From NCBI RefSeq assembly GCF_036971445.1, contig NC_091471.1:992001-1056000 (forward strand): DNA of 64,000 nt. Direction: 5' to 3'. A program made the position numbers and the translations under genes. The notes below the pieces were generated by a model. That model searched no databases. It was given only the letters and a program-made list of their open reading frames with translations, and was not told the DNA's origin. Positions 10,131 through 22,100 of the stretch are shown here, in pieces. The stretch comes from Narcine bancroftii (taxonomy: Eukaryota). Every line of letters starts with the position of its first letter. Positions within the stretch are counted from its first letter, which is position 1.

Positions 10131-13100
10131 CCTCCCATCCGGCCCAGGGCAACTCCTGTCCCCCTCCCATCCGGCCCAGGCAACCCCTGACCCCCTCCCA
10201 TCCGGCCCCGGGCAGCCGCTATCCCCCCTCCCATCCGGCCCGGGCAGCCCCTGTCCCCCTCCCATCCGGCCCGGGCAGCCCCTGTCCCCCCTCCCATCCG
10301 GCCCGGGCAGCCGCTATCCCCTCCCATCCGGCCCGGGCAGCCGCTATCCCCCTCCCATCCGGCCCGGGCAGCTGCTATCCCCCTCCCCCCCCCCATCCGG
10401 CCCGGGCAGCCCCTGTCCCCTCCCATCGGGCCCGGGCAGCCCCTGTACCCCTCCCATCCGGCCCGGGCAGCCCCTGACCCCCTCCCATCCGGCCCGGGCA
10501 GCCCCTGTCCCCCTCCCCTCGGTCCCGGGCAGCCCCTGTCCCCCTCCCATCCGGGCCGGGCAGCCCCTGTCCCCCCTCCCATCAGGCCCGGGCAGCCCCT
10601 GGTCCCCTCCCATCCCAGTCCGGGCAGCCCCTGTCCCCCCACCCATCCGGCCCGGGCAGCCCCTGTCCCCCTCCCCTCGGTCCGGGCAGCCCCGGTCCTC
10701 CTCCCATCCGGCCCAGGCAGCCCTTGACCCCCTATCCGGCCCAGGCAAGCCCCTGTCCCCTCCCATCCGGCCCGGGCAGCCCTGTCCCCCTCCCATCCGG
10801 CCCGGGCAGCCCCTGTCACCCTCCCATCCAGTCCGGGCAGCCCCTGTCCCCCTCCGATCCGGCCCCAGGCAACCCCTGACCCCCTATCCGGCCCAGGCAG
10901 CCCCTGTCCCCTCCCATCCGGCCCAGGCAGCCCTTGACACACTATCCGGCCCCAGTCAGCCCCTGTCCCATCCCATCCGGCCCGGGCAGCCCCCTGTCCC
11001 CCTCCCATCCGGCCCGGGCAGCCCCTGTCCCCCTCCCATCCGGTCCGGGCAGCCCCTGTCCCCCTCCGATCCGGCCCAGGCAACCCCTGACCCCCCTCCC
11101 ATCCGGCCCGGGCAGCCGCTATCCCCCTCCCATCCGGCCCCGGGCAGCCCCTGTCCCCCTCCCATCCGGCCCGGGCAGCCGCTATCCCCCTCCCATCCGG
11201 CCCGGGCAACCCCTGTCCCCCTCCCATCGGGCCCGGGCAGCCCCCTGTACCCCTCCCATCCGGCCCGGGCAGCCCCTGACCCCCTCCCATCCGGCCCGGG
11301 CAGCCCCTGTCCCCCTCCCCTCGGTCCGGGCAGCCCCTGTCCCCCTCCCATCCGGCCCAGGCAGCCCCTGTCCCCCTCCCATCCGGCCCAGGCAGCCCTT
11401 GACCCCCTATCCAGCCCAGGCAGCCCCTGTCCCCTCCCATCCAGCCCGGGCAGCCCCTGTCCCCCTCCCCATCCGGTCCCCGGGCAGCCCCCTGTCCCCC
11501 TCCCATCCGGTCCGGGCAGCCCCTGTCCCCCTCCGATCCGGCCCAGGCAACTCCTGTCCCCCTCCCATCCGGCCCAGGCAACCCCTGACCCCCTCCCATC
11601 CGGCCCGGGCAGCCGCTATCACCCCTCCCATCCGGCCCGGTCAGCCCCTGTCCCCCTCCCATCTGGCCCGGGCAGCCCCTGTCCCCCTCCCATCCGGCCC
11701 AGGCAACCCCTGACCCCCTCCCATCCGGCCCGGGCAGCCGCTATCCTCCTCCCATCCGGCCCGGGCAGCCCCTGTCCTCCTCCCATCCGCCCAGGCAGCC
11801 CCTGTCCCCCTCCCATCCGGGCCCAGGCAGCCCTTGACCCCCTATCCGGCCCAGGCAGCCCCTGTCCCCTCCCATCCGGCCCGGGCAGGCCCCCTGTCCC
11901 TCTCCCATCCGGCCCGGGCAGCCCCTGTCCCCCTCCCATCGGGCCCGGGCAGCCCCTGTACCCCTCCCATCCGGCCGGGCAGCCCCTGACCCCCTCCCAT
12001 CCGGCCCGGGCAGCCCCTGTCCCCCTCCCCTCGGTCCGGGCAGCCCCTGTCCCCCTCCCATCCGGGCCGGGCAGCCCCTGTCCCCCTCCCATCAGGCCCG
12101 GGCAGCCCCTGTCCCCCTCCCATCCAGTCCGGGCAGTCCCTGTCCCCCACCCATCCGGCCCCGGGCAGCCCCTGTCCCCCTCCCCTCGGTCCGGGCAGCC
12201 CCTGTCCCCCTGGGCCGGGCAGCCCCTGTCCCCCTCCCATCAGGCCCTGGCAGCCCCTGTCCCCCTCCCATCCAGTCCGGGCAGCCCCTGTCCCCCACCC
12301 ATCCGGCCCGGGCAGCCCCTGTCCCCCTCCCCTCGGTCCGGGCAGCCCCTGTCCTCCTCCCATCCGGCCCAGGCAGCCCCTGTCCCCCTCCCATCCGGCC
12401 CAGGCAGCCCTTGACCCCCTATCCGGCCCAGGCAGCCCCTGTCCCCTCCCATCCGGCCCGGGCAGCCCCTGTCCCCCTCCCATCCGGCCCGGGCAGCCCC
12501 TGTCCCCCTCCGATCCGGCCCAGGCAAACACCTGACCCCCTCCCATCCGGCCCGGCAGCCGCTATCCCCCTCCCATCCGGCCCGGGCAGCCCCTGTCCCC
12601 CTCCCATACGGCCCGGGCAGCCGCTATCCCCCTCCCATCCGGCCCGGGCAGCCCCTATCCCCCTCCCATCGGGCCCGGGCAGCCCCTGTACCCCTCCCAT
12701 CCGGCCCGGGCAGCCCCTGTCCCCCTCCCATCCGGCCCGGGCAGCCCCTGACCCCCTCCCATCCGGCCCGGGCAGCCCCTGTCCCCCTCCCCTCGGTCCG
12801 GGCAGCCCCTGTCCCCCTCCCATCCGGGCCGGGCAGCCCCTGTCCCCCTCCCATCAGGCCCTGGCAGCCCCTGTCCCCCTCCCATCCAATCCGGGCAGCC
12901 CCTGTCCCCCACCCATCCGGCCCGGGCAGCCCCTGTCCCCCTCCCCTCGGTCCGGGCAGCCCCTGTCCTCCTCCCATCCGGCCCAGGCAGCCCCTGTCCC
13001 CCCTCCCATCCGGCCCAGGCAGCCCTTGACCCCCTATCCGGCCCAGGCAGCCCCTGTCCCCTCCCATCCGGCCCGGGCAGCCCCTGTCCCCCTCCCATCC

Positions 13101-16100
13101 GGCCCGGGCAGCCCCTGTCCAACTCCCATCCGGTCCGGGCAGCCCCTGTCCCCCTCCGATCCGGCCCAGGCAACCCCTGACCCCCTCCCATGCGGCCCGG
13201 GCAGCCGCTATCCCCCTCCCATCCGGCCCGGGCAGCCCCTGTCCCCCTGCCATCCGGCCCGGGCAGCCCCTGACCCCCTCCCATACGGCCCGGGCAGCCG
13301 CTATCCCCCTCCCATCCGGCCCGGGCAGCCCCTGTCCCCCTCCCATCGGGCCCGGGCAGCCCCTGTACCCCTCCCATCCGGCCCGGGCAGCCCCTGTCCC
13401 CCTCCCATCCGGCCCGGGCAGCCCCTGACCCCCTCCCATCCGGCCCGGGCAGCCCCTGTCCCCCTCCCCTCGGTCCGGGCAGCCCCTGTCCCCCTCCCAT
13501 CTGGGCCGGGCAGCCCCTGTACCCCTCCCATCAGGCCCTGGCAGCCCCTGTGCCCCTCCCATCCAGTCCGGGCAGCCCCTGTCCCCCACCCATCCGGCCC
13601 GGGCAGCCCCTGTCCCCCTCCCCTTGGTCCGGGCAGCCCCTGTCCTCCTCCCATCCGGCCCAGGCAGCCCCTGTCCCCTCCCATCCGGCCCGGGCAGCCC
13701 CTGTCCCCCTCCCATCCGGCCCGGGCAGCCCCTGTCCCCCTCCCATCCGGTCCGGGCAGCCCCTGTCCCCCTCCGATCCGGCCCGGGCAGCCCTTGACCC
13801 CCTCCTATCCGGCCCAGGCAGCCGCTGTCCCCCTCCCATCCGGCCCGGGCAGCCCCTGTCCCCCCTCCGATCCGGTCCGGGCAGCCCCTGTCCCCCTTCG
13901 ATCCGGCCCAGGCAGCCCCTGTCCCCTCCTCTCGGTCCGGGCAGCCCCTGTCCCCCTCCCATCCGGCCCGGGCAGCCCCTGTCCCCCTCCCATCCGGCCA
14001 AGGCAGCCCCTGACCGCCTCCCATCCGGCCCAGGCAGCCCCTGACCCCCTCCCATCCGGCCCAGGCAGACCCTGACCCCCTCCCATCCGGCCGGGGCAGC
14101 CCCTGTCCCCCTCCCATCCGGCCCGGGCAGCCCCTGTCCCCCCTCCCCTCAGTCCGGGCAGCCCCTGTCCCCCTCCCATCCGGCTCGGGCAGCCCCTGTC
14201 CCCCTCCCCTCGGTCCGGGCAGACCCTGTCCCCCTCCCATCCGGCCCAGGCAGCCCCTAACCCCCTCCCATCCGGCCCAGGCAGCCCCTTACCCCCTCCC
14301 ATCCGGCCCAGGCATACCCTGACTCCCTCCCATCCGGACCGGGCAGCCCCTGTCCCCCTCCCATCCGGCCCGGGTAGACCCTGTCCCCCTCCCCTCGGTC
14401 CGGGCAGCCCCTGTCCCCCTCCCATCCGGCCCAGGCAGCCCCTGTCCCCCTCCCATCCAGCCCGGGCAGCCCCTGTCCCCCTCCCATCCGGTCCGGGCAG
14501 CCCCTGTCCCCCTCCCATCTGGTCCGGGCAGCCCCTGACCCCCTCCCATCCGGCCCGGGGAGCCCCTGTCCCCCTCCCCTCGGTCCGGGCAGCCCCTGTC
14601 CCCCTCCCATCCGGCCCAGGCAGCCCCTGTCCCCCCTCGGTCCGGGCAGCCCCTGTCCCCCTCTCATCCGGGCCGGGCAGCCTCTGTCCCCCTCCCATCA
14701 GGCCCTGGCAGCCCCTGTCCCCCTCCAATCCAGTCCGGGCAGCCCCTGTCCCCCACCCATCCGGCCCGGGCAGCCCCTGTCCCCCTCCCATCCGGCCCGG
14801 GCAGCCCCTGGCCCCCTCCCATCCGGCCGGGCAGCCCCTGTCCCCTCCCCTCGGTCCGGGCAGCCCCTGTCCCCCTCCCATCCAGCCCAGGCTGCCCCTG
14901 TCCCCCCTCCCCTCGGTCCGGGCAGCCCCTGTCCCCCTCCCATCCGGCCCAGGCAGCCCCTGTCCTCCTCCCATCCGGCCCAGGCAGCCCCTGTCCCCCT
15001 CCCATCCGGCCCAGGCAGCCCTTGACCCCCTATCCGGCCCAGGCAGCCCCTGTCCCCTCCCATCCGGCCCGGGCAGCCCCTGTCCCCCTCCCATCCGGCC
15101 CGGGCAGCCCCTGTCCCCCTCCGATCCGGCCCAGGCAACACCTGACCCCCTCCCATCCGGCCCGGCAGCCGCTATCCCCCCTCCCATCCGGCCCGGGCAG
15201 CCCCTGTCCCCCTCCCATACGGCCCGGGCAGCCGCTATCCCCCTCCCATCCGGCCCGCGCAGCCCCTATCCCCCTCCCATCGGGCCCGGGCAGCCCCTGT
15301 ACCCCTCCCATCCGGCCCGGGCAGCCCCTGTCCCCCTCCCATCCGGCCCGGGCAGCCCCTAACCCCCTCCCATCCGGCCCGGGCAGCCCCTGTCCCCCTC
15401 CCCCTCGGTCCGGGCAGCCCCTGTCCCCCTCCCATCTGGGCCGGGCAGCCCCTGTCCCCCCTCCCATCAGGCTCTGGCAGCCCCTGTCCCCCTCCCATCC
15501 AATCCGGGCAGCCCCTGTCCCCCACCCATCCGGCCCGGGCAGCCCCTGTCCCCCTCCCCTCGGTCCGGGCAGCCCCTGTCCTCCTCCCATCCGGCCCAGG
15601 CAGCCCCTGTCCCCCTCCCATCCGGCCCAGGCAGCCCTTGACCCCCTATCCGGCCCAGGCAGCCCCTGTCCCCTCCCATCCGGCCCGGGCAGCCCCTGTC
15701 CCCCTCCCATCCGGCCCGGGCAGCCCCTGTCCAACTCCCATCCGGTCCGGGCAGCCCCTGTCCCCCTCCGATCCGGCCCAGGCAACCCCTGACCCCCTCC
15801 CATGCGGCCCGGGCAGCCGCTATCCCCCTCCCATCCGGCCCGGGCAGCCCCTGTCCCCCTGCCATCCGGCCCGGGCAGCCCCTGACCCCCTCCCATACGG
15901 CCCGGGCAGCCGCTATCCCCCTCCCATCCGGCCCGGGCAGCCCCTGTCCCCCTCCCATCGGGCCCGGGCAGCCCCTGTACCCCTCCCATCCGGCCCGGGC
16001 AGCCCCTGTCCCCCTCCCATCCGGCCCGGCAGCCCCTGACCCCCTCCCATCCGGCCCGGGCAGCCCCTGTCCCCCTCCCCTCGGTCCGGGCAGCCCCTGT

Positions 16101-19100
16101 CCCCCTCCCATCCGGCCGGGCAGCCCCTGTACCCCTCCCATCAGGCTCTGGCAGCCCCTGTGCCCCTCCCATCCAGTCCGGGCAGCCCCTGTCCCCCACC
16201 CATCCGGCCCGGGCAGCCCCTGTCCCCCTCCCCTTGGTCCGGGCAGCCCCTGTCCTCCTCCCATCCGGCCCAGGCAGCCCCTGTCCCCTCCCATCCGGCC
16301 CGGGCAGCCCCTGTCCCCCTCCCATCCGGCCCGGGCAGCCCCTGTCCCCCTCCCATCCGGTCCGGGCAGCCCCTGTCCCCCCTCCGATCCGGCCCGGGCA
16401 GCCCTTGACCCCCTCCTATCCGGCCCAGGCAGCCGCTGTCCCCCTCCCATCCGGCCCGGGCAGCCCCTGTCCCCCTCCGATCCGGTCCGGGCAGCCCCTG
16501 TCCCCCTTCGATCCGGCCCAGGCAGCCCCTGTCCCCTCCTCTCGGTCCGGGCAGCCCCTGTCCCCCTCCCATCCGGCCCGGGCAGCCCCTGTCCCCCTCC
16601 CATCCGGCCAAGGCAGCCCCTGACCGCCTCCCATCCGGCCCAGGCAGCCCCTGACCCCCTCCCATCCGGCCCAGGCATACCCTGACCCCCTCCCATCCGG
16701 CCGGGGCAGCCCCTGTCCCCCTCCCATCCGGCCCGGGCAGCCCCTGTCCCCCTCCCCTCAGTCCGGGCAGCCCCTGTCCCCCTCCCATCCGGCTCGGGCA
16801 CCCCTGTCCCCCTCCCCTCGGTCCGGGCAGACCCTGTCCCCTCCCCTCGGTCCGGGCAGACCCTGTCCCCCTCCCATCCGGCCCAGGCAGCCCCTAACCC
16901 CCTCCCATCCGGCCCAGGCAGCCCCTTACCCCCCTCCCATCCGGCCCAGGCATACCCTGACTCCCTCCCATCCGGACCGGGCAGCCCCTGTCCCCCTCCC
17001 ATCCGGCCCGGGTAGCCCCTGTCCCCCTCCCCTCGGTCCGGGCAGCCCCTGTCCCCCTCCCATCCGGCCCAGGCAGCCCCTGTCCCCCTCCCATCCAGCC
17101 CGGGCAGCCCCTGTCCCCCTCCCATCCGGTCCGGGCAGCCCCTGTCCCCCTCCCATCTGGTCCGGGCAGCCCCTGACCCCCTCCCATCCGCCCGGGGAGC
17201 CCCTGTCCCCCTCCCCTCAGTCCGGGCAGCCCCTGTCCCCCTCCCATCCGGCCCAGGCAGCCCCTGTCCCCCCTCGGTCCGGGCAGCCCCTGTCCCCCTC
17301 TCATCCGGGCCGGGCAGCCTCTGTCCCCCCTCCCATCAGGCCCTGGCAGCCCCTGTCCCCCTCCAATCCAGTCCGGGCAGCCCCTGTTCCCCACCCATCC
17401 GGCCCGGGCAGCCCCTGTCCCCCTCCCATCCGGCCCGGGCAGCCCCTGGCCCCCTCCCATCCGGCCCGGGCAGCCCCTGTCCCCCTCCCCTCGGTCCGGG
17501 CAGCCCCTGTCCCCCTCCCATCCAGCCCAGGCTGCCCCTGTCCCCCCTCCCCTCGGTCCGGGCAGCCCCTGTCCCCCTCCCATCCGGCCCAGGCAGCCCC
17601 TGACACCTCCCATCCGGCCCAGGCAGCCCTTGACCCCCTATACGGCCCAGGCAGCCCCTGTCCCCTCCCATCCGGCCCGGGCAGCCCCTGTCCCCCTCCC
17701 ATCCGGACCGGGCAGCCCCTGTCCCCCTCCCCTCGGTCGGGGCAGCCCCTGTCCCCCTCCCATCCGGCCCTGGCAGCCCCTGTCCCCCACTTCCCCATTC
17801 CCCGGCCCAGGCAGCCATTGACCCCCTCCTATCCGGCCCAGGCAGCCGCTGTCCACCTCCCATCCGGCCCGGGCAGCCCCTGTCCCCCTCCCATCCGGTC
17901 CGGGCAGCCCCTGTCCCCCTCCGATCTGGCCCAGGCAGCCCTTGACCCCCTCCTATCCGGCCCAGGCAGCCGCTGTCCCCCTCCCTTCCGGCCCGGGCAG
18001 CCCTTGTCCCCCTCCGATCCGGTCCGGGCAGCCCCTGTCCCCCTCCGATCCGGCCCAGGCAGCCCCTGTCCCCCCTCCCTCGGTCCGGGCAGCCCCTGTC
18101 CCCCTCCCATCCGGCCCAGGCAGCCCCTGTCCCCCTCCCCTCGGTCCGGGCAGCCCCTGTCCCCCTCCCATCCGGCCCGGGCAGCCCCTGTCCCCCTCCC
18201 ATCCGCCCAAGGCAGCCCCTGACCCCCTCCCATCCGGCCGGGGCAGCCCCTGTCCCCCTCCCATCCGGCCCGGGCAGCCCCTGTCCCCCTCCCCTCGGTC
18301 CGGGCAGCCCCTGTCCCCCCTCCCATCCGGCTCGGGCAGCCCCTGTCCCCCTCCCCTCGGTCCGGGCAGCCCCTATCCCCCTCCCCTCGGTCCGGGCAGA
18401 CCCTGTCCCCCTCCCATCCGGCCCAGGCAGCCCCTGACCCCCTCCCATCCGGCCAGGCAGCCCCTGACCCCCTCCCATCCGGCCCAGGCAGCCCCTGACC
18501 CCCTCCCATCCGGACCGGGCAGCCCCCCATCCCATCCGGCCCGGGCAGCCCCTGTCCCCCTCCCCTCGGTCCGGGCAGCCCTTGTCCCACTCCCATCCGG
18601 CCCAGGCAGCCCCTGTCCCCCTCCCATCCAGCCCGGGCAGCCCCTGTCCCCCTCCCATCCGGTCCGGGCAGCCCCTGTCCCCCTCCGATCCGGCCCAGGC
18701 AGCCCCTGTCCCCCTCCCCTCGGTCCGGGCAGCCCCTGTCCCCCTCCCATCCGGCCCGGGCAGCCCCTGTCCCCCTCCCCTCGGTCCGGGCAGCCCCTGT
18801 CCCCCTCCCATCCGGCCCAGGCAGCACCTGTCCTCCTCCCATCCGGCCCGGGCAGCCCCTGTCCGCCTCCCCTCGGTCCTGGCAGCCCCTGTCCCCCTCC
18901 CATCCGGCACAGCCAAGCCCCTGTCCCCTTCCAATCCGGCCCGGGCAGCCCCTGTCCCCCTCCCATCCGGCCTGGGCAGCCCCTGTCCTCCTCCCATCCG
19001 GCCCGGGCAGCCCCTGTCCCCCTCGGTCCGGGCAGCCCCTGTCCCCCTCCCATCCGGCCCAGGCAGCCCTTGACTCCCTCCTTTCCGGCCCAGGCAGCCG

Positions 19101-22100
19101 CTGTCCACCTCCCATCCGGCCCGGGCAGCCCCTGTCCCCCTCCCATCTGGTCCGGGCAGCCCCTGTCCCCCTCCGATCTGGCCCAGGCAGCCCTTGACCC
19201 CCTCCTATCCGGCCCAAGCAGCCGCTGTCCCCCTCCCATCCGGCCCGGGCAGCCCCTGTCCCCCTCCGATCCGGTCCGGGCAGCCCCTGTCCCCCTCCGA
19301 TCCGGCCCAGGCAGCCCCTGTCCCCCTCCCCTCCGTCCGGCAGCCCCCTGTCCTCCTCCCATCCGGCCCAGGCAGCCCCTGTCCCCCTCCCCTCGGTCCG
19401 GGCAGCCCCTGTCCCCCTCCCATCCGGCCCGGGCAGCCCCTGTCCCCCTCCCATCCGGCCAAGGCAGCCCCTGACGCCCTCCCATCCGGCAGGGGCAGCC
19501 CCTGTCCCCCTCCCATCTGGCCCGGGCAGCCCCTGTCCCCCTCCCCTCGGTCCGGGCAGCCCCTGTCCCCCTCCCATCCGGCTCAGGCAGCCCCTGTCCC
19601 CCTCCCCTCGGTCCGGGCAGACCCTGTCCCCCTCTCATCCGGCCCAGGCAGCCCCTGACCCCCTCCCATCCGGCCCAGGCAGCCCCTGACCCTCTCCCAT
19701 CCGGCCCAGGCAGCCCCTGACACCCTCCCATCCGGACCGGGCAGCCGCTCCTCCCATCCGGCCCGGGCAGCCCCTGTCCCCCTCCCCTCGGTCCGGGCAG
19801 CCCCTGTCCCCCTCCCATCCGGCCCAGGCAGCCCCTGTCCCCCTCCCATCCAGCCCGGGCAGCCCCTGTCCCCCTCCCATCCGGTCCGGGCAGCCCCTGT
19901 CCCCCTCCGATCCGGCCCAGGCAGCCCCTGTCCCCCTCCCCCTCGGTCCGGGCAGCCCCTGTCCCCCCTCCCATCCGGCCCGGGCAGCCCCTGTCCCCCT
20001 CCCATCCGGCCAAGGCAGCCCCTGACCGCCTCCCATCCGGCCCAGGCAGCCCCTGACCCCCTCCCATCCGGCCCAGGCAGACCCTGACCCCCTCCCATCC
20101 GGCCGGGGCAGCCCCTGTCCCCCTCCCATCCGGCCCGGGCAGCCCCTGTCCCCCTCCCCTCAGTCCGGGCAGCCCCTGTCCCCCCTCCCATCCGGCTCGG
20201 GCAGCCCCTGTCCCCCTCCCCTCGGTCCGGGCAGACCCTGTCCCCCTCCCATCCGGCCCAGGCAGCCCCTAACCCCCTCCCATCCGGCCCAGGCAGCCCC
20301 TTACCCCCTCCCATCCGGCCCAGGCATACCCTGACTCCCTCCCATCCGGACCGGGCAGCCCCTGTCCCCCTCCCATCCGGCCCGGGTAGACCCTGTCCCC
20401 CTCCCCTCGGTCCGGGCAGCCCCTGTCCCCCTCCCATCCGGCCCAGGCAGCCCCTGTCCCCCTCCCATCCAGCCCGGGCAGCCCCTGTCCCCCTCCCATC
20501 CGGTCCGGGCAGCCCCTGTCCCCCTCCCATCTGGTCCGGGCAGCCCCTGACCCCCTCCCATCCGGCCCGGGGAGCCCCTGTCCCCCTCCCCTCGGTCCGG
20601 GCAGCACCCTGTCCCCCTCCCATCCGGCCCAGGCAGCCCCTGTCCCCCCTCGGTCCGGGCAGCCCCTGTCCCCCTCTCATCCGGGCCGGGCAGCCTCTGT
20701 CCCCCTCCCATCAGGCCCTGGCAGCCCCTGTCCCCCTCCAATCCAGTCCGGGCAGCCCCTGTCCCCCACCCATCCGGCCCGGGCAGCCCCTGTCCCCCTC
20801 CCATCCGGCCCGGGCAGCCCCTGGCCCCCTCCCATCCGGCCCGGGCAGCCCCTGTCCCCCTCCCCTCGGTCCGGGCAGCCCCTGTCCCCCTCCCATCCAG
20901 CCCAGGCTGCCCCTGTCCCCCCTCCCCTCGGTCCGGGCAGCCCCTGTCCCCCTCCCATCCGGCCCAGGCAGCCCCTGTCCTCCTCCCATCCGGCCCAGGC
21001 AGCCCCTGTCCCCCTCCCATCCGGCCCAGGCAGCCCTTGACCCCCTATCCGGCCCAGGCAGCCCCTGTCCCCTCCCATCCGGCCCGGGCAGCCCCTGTCC
21101 CCCTCCCATCCGGCCCGGGCAGCCCCTGTCCCCCTCCGATCCGGCCCAGGCAACACCTGACCCCCTCCCATCCGGCCCGGCAGCCGCTATCCCCCTCCCA
21201 TCCGGCCCGGGCAGCCCCTGTCCCCTCCCCATACGGCCCGGGCAGCCGCTATCCCCCTCCCATCCGGCCCGCGCAGCCCCTATCCCCCTCCCATCGGGCC
21301 CGGGCAGCCCCTGTACCCCTCCCATCCGGCCCGGGCAGCCCCTGTCCCCCTCCCATCCGGCCCGGGCAGCCCCTAACCCCCTCCCATCCGGCCCGGGCAG
21401 CCCCTGTCCCCCTCCCCTCGGTCCGGGCAGCCCCTGTCCCCCTCCCATCTGGGCCGGGCAGCCCCTGTCCCCCTCCCATCAGGCTCTGGCAGCCCCTGTC
21501 CCCCTCCCATCCAATCCGGGCAGCCCCTGTCCCCCACCCATCCGGCCCGGGCAGCCCCTGTCCCCCTCCCCTCGGTCCGGGCAGCCCCTGTCCTCCTCCC
21601 ATCCGGCCCAGGCAGCCCCTGTCCCCCTCCCATCCGGCCCAGGCAGCCCTTGACCCCCTATCCGGCCCAGGCAGCCCCTGTCCCCTCCCATCCGGCCCGG
21701 GCAGCCCCTGTCCCCCTCCCATCCGGCCCGGGCAGCCCCTGTCCAACTCCCATCCGGTCCGGGCAGCCCCTGTCCCCCCTCCGATCCGGCCCAGGCAACC
21801 CCTGACCCCCTCCCATGCGGCCCGGGCAGCCGCTATCCCCCTCCATCCGGCCCGGGCAGCCCCTGTCCCCCTGCCATCCGGCCCGGGCAGCCCCTGACCC
21901 CCTCCCATACGGCCCGGGCAGCCGCTATCCCCCTCCCATCCGGCCCGGGCAGCCCCTGTCCCCCTCCCATCGGGCCCGGGCAGCCCCTGTACCCCTCCCA
22001 TCCGGCCCGGGCAGCCCCTGTCCCCCTCCCATCCGGCCCGGGCAGCCCCTGACCCCCTCCCATCCGGCCCGGGCAGCCCCTGTCCCCCTCCCCTCGGTCC

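Noticed and set aside
17783-17815. Irregular monomer (CCCCACTTCCCCATTCCCCGG) in satellite D
   Set aside because: It is absent from the matching position of the 6-kb duplicate (near 23800) and could be a local consensus error.
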